DNA of 64,000 nucleotides, from positions 16,430,001 to 16,494,000 of the forward strand of contig OZ365109.1 of the NCBI GenBank assembly GCA_977030845.1. Direction: 5' to 3'. The notes under the pieces are model-generated. The model worked only from the letters and a program-made list of their open reading frames with translations, had not been told where the DNA came from and did not search any database. The translations under genes and the position numbers were made by a program. This DNA comes from Fimbriosthenelais zetlandica (lineage: Eukaryota). Below are positions 24,642 to 36,418 of the stretch, in pieces. Every line of letters begins with the position of its first letter. Position 1 is the first letter of the stretch.

Positions 24642-27600
24642 CTGATATGTCACAACTGCTTGTATCGGGGTAAGTGGTGTCCCCACTTAAATCCCATCTC
24701 TCTCTCTCCCTCATCCCATAACAGTGTTTGGAGCTCACTCAGTCCGTCTGCCTATACTCTACCCCACCCTCCACCCAGGACAGCAACAGTAGCGACCCCT
24801 ACATCCCAATACAAACACCACCCATGATCCTTACCTCCAATGTGCCAGAGAGACGCCCCAGAACCACAACAAAACTTGCAGGAGGAGCCGTGGAGGGGGA
24901 GCAGGAGTTGGAAGCTGACTTGTAGAGGTGGTGGTGTGTGGATCACTATAGTGGTGCTGGTAGACAAGGTATTATTTTAAGGTACGTATGTACCTACAGC
25001 TGGCCGGCCCAACGACAAACCCAGAGGATCACAGAAGAAAGTTGGAGCATATTTAATACGCACATATAATCAGGAAAAAACGAAATCCGCCTTTTCCAAC
25101 TTTCTAAGTGTTTTTTAAGCTAAAGAAAATGACAAGTGTAATTGTCAGTTTTAAACAGACACTTTTTCACAGGGAAATATGCTTCTCTATTGTGGAACAG
25201 AATGCAATTGTTTTGTAATTTTACACAAAACGGACAGTGGATAATAAGACTTCCCCGGTCTATTTAAATATTTAACTGCTCAAAACTATTGAGATTGCTT
25301 CATTGAAGAAAAAACTGCCTGTACTGCTATCAGCAACTAATTTATCCGGGGAAATGATAGGTGATTATAATGCATTTGGAACTGATTGAAGGAGAAGATG
25401 TAGGCAGGTAGTCTACCGATATCTAAGCTCAGGACCTTTAAGAGTTGCTCATGCTTCGTGCTCGTTACCTCAAGTGGAGTAACTTGCGGAAGAGCGCATT
25501 TGAATGGAAGCTGTTACTTCTAGCACTTTAGAAGTACACTGCACAGAAACTTTACCCTCAAGTCATCTGTGTCTCATGATTTACTTCGGTTCCTCGGATT
25601 TATCAGAAGGCTGTCCAAAAACATTCTTTCAAGCAGTGCTATCTGCAGCAGCTATAGGCAAGTACTCTGAAATAATATATGGTAGAATTGTTTTGGGCCC
25701 ATTAAGGCCCATTCCTTCAATTTGTATTTTGCGTGGCAGTTTCTTTTATCTACTTTATAATATTTTAGCACATCCTGGGTGAGAATATAATCAAAGATTC
25801 TACTATATTGATGTTTGATATTATTTTGACCCAATATGTACATAGTAATCTGACCCAAGATGTGCTAATACTAATTATGTTAATTTAAAAAAAAAAATCA
25901 TTTTATTATAAAGTATTTTAAAATAAGATGATACACTTACTTTAATTTCATTCGGAACTTCCACGCAAACATCATACAAATTGTATTGCAATCCTAGCTC
26001 ATGTAGGCCTATTCAAAATTTAATAATGAACTATGCCTTGCACAAGAAAGCTGAAAAATAATATCCGGGCCTGTATTTATACCTCAGTATTGATTTGTAA
26101 TTACTCTTCTACAGTGTCATACTGTAGGTTACTGTAGTGAAATAAGTATTTGCGACATACTAGTTGTGTCCCAGAAATCTAGTATGCTTTCTAAACGGAA
26201 AGGTATCATCTTCATAATTATGATAATAATCAGCACCTTATATCCTCACGACCAGATTTTCCTGTCGTGAGTTGAGTTTCCTGTTCTGAGGTCCTGGCGA
26301 TATATTATTTATTGACCATTCCAATTCTAGGCATCAGTATATAGCCATTACATAATATATTTATTGTAATAGATTGAAGACTTTATGGCAACCAGTCCTC
26401 CTCAGATATTTTAAATTTGATCATGGATAATCCTGCAGCCAAATCCAACTTGAGAATGAACAACAGCATACACTGGAGACGTCCAAACTATCCAGTCCAT
26501 AATAGCATACAGACTGGACAGAAATATTTTTTGTATCCCCTTTTAATGTATGTCCCATCAAAAGTGATAAGTGATGGCCATCTTCAGACCCATACCTTCA
26601 TGTTAATCTGGGAAAATAGTAATAAAACATTTATCCCAGCAGTAAATAGTATTACAGTGCCATCTCTGTATATTGCTGCCAGACTGATTGCCATTCAATA
26701 ATATATGTGGTCGTCAATTGTACAGCACTTCCACCAAGCTGTCCTCTTCATTTTCAATTCAATCATTCCTCATAAAGTGACCAAGGCCATAGGTTTTGTT
26801 ATAAACATGGGGACAATTTTTCATTTGCATTCCAACTTTAGAATTATAGTAGTAATACGAATATATAGATGCATGGACCAAAGTATTTGTCTCATTTCTG
26901 CATAGCATATTTTCCATGTGGCCTTTGTCATCAAGTAACATGATTTTATAAATGCATAATGCTTGCATCAAATTGTACTTTGTCATTATGTTTCCCTCTT
27001 AAAAACATCAAGTATTATTTAAGTGCACCTATACTAAAAGCAAAGGTACATCATGTAGCTAAAAGAACTGCATGGACAAATAAGATAATAGTATTTGTAT
27101 ATTGGCCTGTATAACCACGGGAACATTTGTGATATGTTTTCACTAAATGGGTCTGAAGTGGCACAGGCCCATTCAGCGCTAAAGGCCAAAAAGCTTTGTA
27201 CACAAGCTATTTAATTCTCTTAGCATTTTCGCATTAAAAGAAAATATACGTTGTTTCACTATTTATGTGGGTAAAGTTGAGAAAAGTTCAACTTTGTGCC
27301 TGTTGTCCCTTCAAGATTTTTTTTCTCAAAATATATTTTTGCGACTTTAGACTCATTTGGTGACAACACGCCACATTTTATATTGACTGAAATTTGTTTT
27401 GGACTTCTTCATCAGATAGTTGAACAAGAGCAAGCTTCTGTCTGATGGATTTGATGAAAGCTTTCACAGCTTGTTATGGCAATACATCAATGTATGGGAC
27501 CATGTTCTTAACCTTAGATGGTTCAAGTTTGTCCCTGGCCAGCGCTGCATGAAGAAATGACAGTGTTGACATGTAATCAAGGTGTGGACCTTATAGTAGT

Positions 27601-30600
27601 TGTTTATTTATGGGCTGTTTATTAGAAGACAGGTTTTATATTACAGCGGTTTTAGGGCAGTAAAACGTATTACGTGTAGCTCACATTTCTGAAGAGTCTT
27701 TTAAAGGTCTAATAAAATCCAATGTGGTCAAAATAAGTAGGTACTGAACAGGCAATATATTGCCAGCTTAAAGTATATTGGTATGGATGTCCCCTTCCCT
27801 CGTTTCAACCAATATATCAAGGTCATATGTAAATTAAGGTCATATTGAAGACACTTTTGTGGATGATAGCAATGTGGTTAGGTTACAGAGACCTTGACAT
27901 AGAGATTAGGAAAACAATACTGAAGGATACCTGAAGATGTCTCAGCCCCTTGTCTTCACTTATCACATGACCTAACTGATGAAGCCCAGTCATATTAATT
28001 TTATTATATGATCTGGTGATGGCATTCCCAGCTGACCTCATTTCAGTTGACCTAGTGACCTGTTTTAATGACCTATATAGAGGCATTTGCTTGTCAAAAA
28101 CACTCCATCATTATTACTGACCATTCATTGACTTTTAGTCATATCTCCCGTATTTCAATGTATCTTTTGTACGTCGCATCCATAATAAGATAGTGAGTAG
28201 TATATAGAAACAAGGATCGATTAGCCTACTATTAGTTGAGTATAATATTACTTTATCATATATGATAGCAAGCTCATCTTAAACATAATATGAGCTAGCT
28301 AGTTTTACTTATAGCAATGCACTGCTTACCGTATATTAAAGTGGTAAAAGGAAACTTTAAAAACATCATAAAAGAAAAAGTAGTTGGGAATATTGACATG
28401 CTGCAGACTTACCCAGCTTAGCTTAGTGACATTAGAGTGAGGCTCCGGGATGATGACGTCAGTGAGATCAGCGTTAAAGCCAATAGCCTTGCAGTGCACC
28501 TCACTGGCCGTGCATGTACTACCTTAAAGCTCTAAAGCTCTACATCTCATATTAGCGTCCCTTTTCGCACCAAGACGCATCCTCTAATCTGATTATTGCA
28601 GCCGCAAAACATTGACGATATTGCACTACTTTTGAGGTGATCTATATATATAAGGATTTATTGAAAAAAGATTTGCATAGTAATATTCATACTATATTTA
28701 GTTTTCAAATAGCTTTTCCGTTTATCATTTTGACACCAATTTCCAACATAACATATTATGTAATTTGATACATTACCTTTCAATGAGATGCGTCATAAAG
28801 GGCGACCGGAAATGACGCACATTGAATAGGGAAAAGATGCTCAGCTATAAAGTGTTTTTTTTTCTGTAGAAAAGTAAGCCACGCCTCTGAAACTTTCTGG
28901 GCGTCCCTTTCTGGGATTCACCCGGCCCAGCCATTCCGGGTCTCCCAGCAAGACAGCCTCGGGCTCTCATTTGTTCATTGGTCTGTAGTAAATTGTCAAC
29001 CAGAGTTTCAATCCAAAAGCTTGCTCTTGGCATGAATGGATTGTGACCTGCATCCTTACAAAGGACTGACCTCGTCACCCTCTACCATTTGCGGTTGGAA
29101 TAAACCAAACATCTCAAGCAGCTGTTCCTCAAATGCCTAGCAGGCTTAATTGGTCAACTGCGGCTTTGGTCAGTGTGAGAAAAATAAACTTTTAGAAAAG
29201 GTGTATTTCTTAAATATAATATATCCATTTTTACTCCGACAAATAAATTTAAAATCTAGAAACAACTTTGTATTTGACTGTATACACACTTTGCAGTGGG
29301 CAACACATTCGGCGTTTCCATTTCTATTTGCATGTGAGGCAATCATGAAAGTGGCAGCCACTACAAGTAGTTTTATTGCTTCTATATGCTTGTACAACAA
29401 CAATTTTCCTCTTTTTCAGGTCGTGTATAGCCGGCGAGGCAGCACCTCCCTGAAGTAATGCTCAACATCCACTTGCCATGCTCTGACTTGACAACGTCAT
29501 CAGCGTTCAGACGCTCCGACTGCCGTCATACAGGCAGTCAGTGATGTATCAGAGTGGATTGGCCAATCAACATGAATATGTCTGCGAGAGGAAATACTGC
29601 TTGTCAAGAACCCTCTCAAAAGACCAGAGCTACTGGACATTGAGTCGAGAATGAGCATTAGAAACCGAGACAGAGAATGGCAAGGGACATTAAGACAGAG
29701 TCAAAAAGTGGAGAGGTCCCTTGTCACAACAAATAAATTTCTCTGAAAGAACAAATCCAATTCTACCAGAGGCCACTGTAGTCTATATACAGTCCAATGT
29801 AGGAAATGCATTTTAGCTGGAATAGCCTCGCATATATGGAGTGCATGGAGCTTGAAATCACCAAGTATTCGATGCCATTGTGGTGAAAAGAGCTCCTTTA
29901 TTTCCCTCCTGACATAATGATTTTACCTAGGGAGACTTTATATTTGACAAGTTATGAATAGAACTATATAATTTCTCTCCTGGAGGATCTAATTATAAAT
30001 GACAGTTAGAGTAGAATGCTGTCGATATTTGAACCAGGAGCTCCGAGGGGAAAAACAGACTAGTTTTTCATTGATTTGGACGTAAGCAGATCAGAGCAAT
30101 TCATCGATCGCAAATTTAGGTCGGATGACAATCAATGTAGTAAACACGACGGTGTGTGAGAAGAGCTTATTATACAGCCTCTATCAAGGCCAATTCTCAC
30201 GATTCACATAGCCATGTTCATGAATTGCATGTTTTATTGTCATTTTACTTTTCCACACACTTTGGACTGCAAGGTTATAATTCCATCATCTCATTCAAGC
30301 TGAAAAACGTGTGCATTAAATAGCATTAAAAGCGTCTAGGTGGATGAGTGGATGGATAAAGAACAGAAATTGTATCGGTCAATTGGAAGAGAACAATGTT
30401 CCCTGATATCATTTCGGATAAAAATGGGATGCTGAAAATAACCTGATATTGATTGTTTACTATGACCTCTTGTTGAAGGACAAAAACGTTCATATTAAGG
30501 ATGCTAAAATTGTCACATCATGCTGTTCAGCTCCAGGTTAAGGAAATAACAGATAAACACATTCGTTCCGCCCCCAGAGCAGATTATTAAATATCTTTTA

Positions 30601-30613
30601 ACTCAAACAGAAA

Positions 30614-30908
30614 ATGAAGGCAGTCAGTGTGCCCCAGATGAATACCTTGCCGCTCCTGCTTGCATTCATCATTGTGGTTCAAACATATGACGATCAGATG
30701 GCCAAGCCATGGACTGGGGCAGGAGAGGCTGGAAACGACAGGAATGAACCCCTACTTACTATGGGTGAACCTTACCCCTTCGATGCATATACTTGGTTAG
30801 AGAAAACTGAAGAGAACTTAACAGAGTGGCAGACCAAAATGATTGAGAATTATACCCTGGAAGGCAAGCGATGCATGATTGACGTATGGACCAGCCCACC
30901 GCTCGAAG
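30614..30908 (+). CDS. Pdfr: Class B (secretin-family) GPCR, PDF-receptor-like: first coding exon (signal peptide + start of hormone-receptor domain)
   Basis: ATG with A at -3, hydrophobic segment LPLLLAFIIVVQT, ends ...KRCMIDVWTSPPLE-G at the consensus donor G|GTAAGT (phase 1), which joins in frame to 55602. Family is secure, the PDFR subtype comes from remembered similarity only. Confidence 0.8.
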
Positions 30909-32539
30909 GTAAGTGACGTTTCAAAATATTCGCTTCACTCGATTTTCGATCAGCGATCCATCAGGATTGTCCTCAGGCGAACTTGCGATTATATGTAAAT
31001 TTTCAGAATAACGTCTGACAATTCTGATTGAATGATTGAGAGATATTTTGCTTTTCTCATACTTAATTATAATAAGTTTCGAGGAAACTCGATTTGCATC
31101 CTTGATATATGGTTCATATATCGGTCATTGCAAGAAATGCCAGAAATGGCTTCAGTGACACATCAATGTCTTTTCAGTGTTCATTTGGTTAGGTGAAGGT
31201 CACAATGGCTTCGGCTAGACATACCACCATTATTATATGGTGTAGGACTTCATGGTTTGATGATGATGATGTAGCTTATTCCGAGAAGGCTCCGGGGTGA
31301 AGGGTGGTTGTCCATTATTTGCTCCCGTTAATTTATAAATATTTGAAGTTGCATTGCGTAAATGTCAAATTTAACTCAATATTCCACTCAGAAATATTGA
31401 ATCAAATTTCCTGCCTAATGGCACGAGGCGCCTGTACATTGAAGAAAGTCTAATTAGCAGCAAATCATTTATTGGCTGGCTACTGTGATGGGCAGACTTC
31501 AGTTCCACTGAGATTCAGTCTGTACAATCTACACACATTATTGTTCTGTCGAGGAACAGAAGCCTCTGCCATGATGGGAACATTCTCATTACAGATGTAT
31601 TTAGATATTTTATTTTTTTTCTTAAAACCGAACATCAAATTGTAAACAGATTTGCCCTCACGCGCATCCAAAGGAACATGACACATCATAGTGAACAGAA
31701 GACAATCTGAGGGACTGGTGGTATAGGCCAAGAGTTGCCCTTAACAAACACATCCTATGGTTTCTAGACATATAGAAATTGCTTTAGGTCATGAAGCCTT
31801 AGAGACGTGAGATAAATTAGAATTGTATCTTGGCAGAGGCTTTTTACTCCAGAAGCCCATTGCAGTATATCCATTCTTATCCCAGAAGAAATATAATTAT
31901 TAATATTTGTAATAATATTAACAGATACACTGTTTGAAGAGATGCACATTTTTTTAGGACAGAACAAGGCAGAAAAGTCATCATAATTACTATTTTGTTT
32001 TTCCCGCTATATGCCAACAGTTTTTCTCTTTTTTGTTTTCATAAAGCTTTTATTCATGCAATTTTCCATCTTTCATTCATACTACATAATGCTTTACTTA
32101 TGGTATTTCCACAATGCCATTTTTTTCTGATTTGATGCCATATATAGTTGATGCATTCATTGCTATCCTTTGTATTGATTTGTAATTAGCCTGGTAATTA
32201 CCAATCGCTTCTTACCGAATGTGGGGGAGGAATAAACAGGTTCCATAATGAGGACGGATCATGGATCGTCCTCAATCCATTAAAGCCAGAGCTACAGCTG
32301 AAGGCAACAAATAACCATAAACTCAGAAATCATGCGACAGAGGACTTGCGAGTATGAACTTATCAGTTAAAGAATACAGATAAGATCTGTATACTGAGTG
32401 TAATGAGCATCCATCACTCCCCCGATTCAAGTACTTTCTTTTCAAAGGAGGGATCTGTCAGAAATCCTTTTCATCATACGGGTATTTTCTCCAAAGCTAT
32501 TGTATTGATAACGAAGGGTAAGAGAAGAAAGTAAAATTA

Positions 32540-32606
32540 AAACCCATTTCAAAACAAAAATTAGCCATAGAATTAGCATTGCTAATTTTTGTTTTGAAAT
32601 AGGCCC
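32540..32606 (-). mobile_element. 67-bp hairpin MITE (family H, degenerate copy 3)
   Basis: TTTCAAAACAAAAATTAGCCATAGAATTAGCATTGCTAATTTTTGTTTTGAAATAGGCCC followed by CAG, the reverse orientation of the family H core. Confidence 0.6.
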
Positions 32607-32617
32607 CAGTACTAATA

Positions 32618-33621
32618 CAGTCACTAGACAGTGAATTAGTCCGATTTGCCAAACAGGCAGTGTATCCTATGAGAGTGGTGCATATTCAAACACTTGCCGA
32701 ATTGTAACCATTATCAATAGAGGTACCAAAATTATGATGACCGTTTATAATTGAATAAAGTCCATATATTCAAAGTTTTAATTATATTCACTGTCGGAAT
32801 GGGATATAATCTAGCACTAATTAACAACTTCAGATTGATTCTTCAGTAGTGAAGTGGGTTTCAGTCCATGGTAACCAATATCACTCAGGGGGGTCACATG
32901 ACCATCAGGTTGGGTTTGCTAGTTTACCAACAGTATAAGGGCACTGACAATTGACAGGATAAAGAAAGCTAAATAGTATTGAGGAAACCATCAGGACATG
33001 AAGCAGGTCACAGCCTCATCATGTTATTTGGCTATTTAAGAGCTTTCTGTTACGGTACCAAATAATGATATTTATGTGCAATATATGTAATTATAAGGTT
33101 GCATTCCGAGAATGAAAAGCTATAGTTTAATTATTTAAACACATTTTGCAGTTAGTAATATAGCTTTCAGACCCTATTTAGACACTTTTGATTATTTACA
33201 TTTAAAACCCCATCCTATGACTGGGCACCGACCTGCCTTCAAGTCGTGTGATCTTCCTTAATCCCCCTGTTATCTCTTTTTCTGACAATTGTCAGTGCCC
33301 TTATAGTGTTGATAAACAAGCAAAACAAACCTGATGGTCATTTGACCCCCCTGAGTGATATGGCTGACCTCTGACTGAAACCCACTTCACTACCGAAGAA
33401 TCAATCTGAGGTTGTTAATTAGTGCTCGATTATATCCCATTGCTATGGCGAATATAATTGAAACTTAGAATATAAGGACTTAATATGCTCATGAATAACC
33501 ATCATAATTTTGGTACCTCTATTGTAAATGGTTACAATTCGGCAAGTGTTTGAAAATGCACCACTCTCATAGGATACACTGCCTGTTTGGCAAATCGGAC
33601 TAATTCACTGTCTAGTGACTG
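32618..33621 (-). mobile_element. 1004-bp foldback MITE (family F, copy 3, inverted) in GPCR intron 1
   Basis: Reverse complement of copies 1/2 with TA flanks. Carries the copy-2 allele at the one diagnostic site. Confidence 0.95.
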
Positions 33622-33656
33622 TATATTCTACTTGAATGATGACTTCAACCATGCAG

Positions 33657-33709
33657 GGGCCTGTTTCAAAAGGAATATTAGCAATGCTAAATCTATATGA
33701 AACAGGCTC
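33657..33709 (+). mobile_element. Hairpin MITE (family H, copy 4, internally deleted)
   Basis: CAG|GGGCCTGTTTCAAAAGGAATATTAGCAATGCTAA...GAAACAGGCTC. Confidence 0.65.
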
Positions 33710-34559
33710 TTGAACGTTATGAAATCTGAATAAACACGGAGCTAGGGGCATTTTGTCGATGCTCTATTTCTGTTATTGAATTTTCCCCTTGAGAAAAATC
33801 GTAATGGTTCTAATCGACAGAGTGCCATGAGTGGCGCAATCACTTAAGCAATCTCAATTACTGAAGAACTAATTACAAAGGAGCCATTAAATGAGCTTCA
33901 CTTCCCTTGGTTGTGCCTGCTGAAGCCTCTTTCCGGCAGGAAGATTCGCTATATTAGCTCAAAGATGCAACCATTTAAAATAATTGTTGAACATTCGAAT
34001 AATCATAATTGATTATGTGGCATCAACTTTTGGATAAATGAAGGCGAAATTTGGTCATGGGAATGCTTGCAGATTGATGTTTCATGGAAAGGGAAAGAAT
34101 CAATGCATTTTCCGGTTAGAGACGATTAACTCTTCGAGCATGTCTAGGTTAATTTTTTTAAAGAGGAAAATGCTATTATCCCTTTGGCCAGAAGTGGAAC
34201 GACAATCAATACATCGATTTAGATAATTAGCCACCTGCATGTTTTAACTATAGCCTCGGATTAAATCTTATCTATATAGTACATGTATATCTAAAAGAAA
34301 AAGACATTCCAATGGTCAAGTTGGAGGTCCTTTTCATTCATTTGAAACATGATGTAATCTCAGTGTATTCTGGGAATATGAGAGCGGGTTTAGAGAATTG
34401 TAGATAAATCTGAGAAATATGTCAGTCTAATGAAATGTTGGTTGGATTTGAATATATACTCCTTGGACAAATATCCTGATTCCGCCGTTGCCGTTTTAGC
34501 TTAGATGCTCCTTTAGAGGTGTTCGATTGACGAGTAGGATGGCCTGGGGAGAGGCGTCA

Positions 34560-35075
34560 TGGCTTTATTCTCTCTTATATTGATTTGCTAGTCAGAGGTA
34601 CCAAGCACTGGCTTAGTTTGACCCCAGGGGAGAGGTGTGTCATTTCTGGTTCACCCTGTAGCAAAAAGTATATGGAATCGCAGTCGGGCATGAGGCTAAG
34701 TGATGGGCAATGAAAGGAGCGTCGCTTTATGTTTAATACATTTTGCATAAGAACCTATTCAAATAGGCCGGTCAACGATGGCTATGTGCATCGATTTCTA
34801 GAAGGCATTCAGATCCGCACTTTTGATAGATCCAGAAGGGTCAATGTTCATAATTCAAATGCAAAATCTATAAGGCAGCTATAGCAGAAGGCCCCTGCGC
34901 AGCCCAGACTAGAATTTATGGTATAGTTATAATTAACTTTGCCGCTGACAATTTTCCAGTCATCTTCATGCAAGCCTTCGGGAAAAGCATTAAAACTGAA
35001 GAAAGATTTTTTAAATCCTGCTTGATGGCATTTGCGAGTGATGGATCGGTAGACTAACATCTCTATATATAGCAT
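34560..35075 (-). pseudogene. Decayed L2-type LINE RT fragment
   Basis: Minus frame with HQAGFKKSF, TLTLLDLSK and LSPGVKLSQCLVPL in the order and spacing of QSGFR, LLDLSAAFD and GVPQGSVLGPL. Confidence 0.5.
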
Positions 35076-36199
35076 ACCTGGCCAGACATCAAAAGAAAGA
35101 TGTCTTTCACCTGAATTTTATCCATTTATAGAGATAGGCGTGGTGTCTAAATATGGCTCTACTGAAATTCCAGTCATCTGACAAAGGCATGTCTGCATGC
35201 CAAGGGAATATGGAATATAGCAAAGTCCCAGAGCTTAACCAGAGCTGACAAAAAAAGTAGGGGGTCTATATTTCCATAGGCTGGCCAATTCTTAACTTCG
35301 CTGAAGCAAGACAATCATGTTTTTTGGTTAGCATCCGTTGAGATCTGAGAAAATGGACGATGGTGAATGATTGTTAAAACCCGCCCCATTGATCCATACC
35401 TCTCATTCTTTATCGCGATGGATAATCAGGGCCAGATAAAGGCGCCGTCCAAGTTCAGTATAATTACACCAATCTTGGATGGTCGCTGCTTGACTGAACT
35501 AGGCATCTATATGGGCGTGAATATTGAAGGTAAAAATCATGATGAAGTAGTTGGTAGAGGTGACTGGTCTCGCCTTTCTTAGTTAGCTTTCAGAGAGTGA
35601 TGACCCGGCAAGGAATGCCATGGACAAAAAACCTGATGTGTTTCTATATTAAGTATTGATCCTGATTGAACTTACGCTTTTCAAAGTTGGATTGCAGCAG
35701 CAGTCAGTCTCCTAGTGGAATGGAATGGGGATATGTATATCGTACTCTTGCAAGCTTTCAGGTTTTCAGTTGGTTAGAGCGCCAGCTCACACAGGGTGAT
35801 GGACCAATGATCGAAGGGTCATGCACAGGTCTAGAAATATCCATTGCGCAGAAGGCAATGTAGATGTGCACGTAGATAAAGAGCCCCCAGCTGAAAACTA
35901 TATGTACAACCTGAATCATCAAGAGTGTGAGCTGGCTTCACCAATAATTTACGGCTCTATACAAATTCTAACTAAGAATACTTTGAAAGTTTCGTCTCCA
36001 ATGTTGAAAATCTGAGAGAGCCCTCATCATCTGACCTTAAGAGGACCCGTGTTGCAGTAACATTTGGGTTATAAGTGTTGCACAACTCACAAGAGAATGC
36101 ATATCTGTGAAGAGATCCCACAACATGTTATGACACTCAGACCCCTCAACACGCTCATCTGCTTACACCCTGTCACGAGGCATAAAACAGTTCCCCTTC

Positions 36200-36418
36200 T
36201 CATCTTTTGCACATCACTGGGTCTACAACCACCATGCTGGGATTTAGGACCAGCTTCATCTTCCGAAACCAAGCCACCATTGATGACTCCAGCCGTTCGG
36301 GGGAATCGTTGCACATCCACCAAAATCCAGGGGTAATTGAAGTCTCTTGGCAGTGGGCCAGTGATCCGCAAGCTCCCATCAACGATTCCTGTCTTACAGC
36401 CAGTCGATATTCCTGCAA
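36200..36418 (-). pseudogene. Decayed L2-type LINE RT C-terminal fragment
   Basis: GSLAHC...ERLESSMVAWFRKMKLVLNPS resembles HGL..HCYADD...L..C...W...N.L.LNP of L2 RTs. Confidence 0.4.

Noticed and set aside
35765-35820. tRNA-like CAGTTGGTTAGAGCG
   Set aside because: No proper B box/T arm or acceptor stem.
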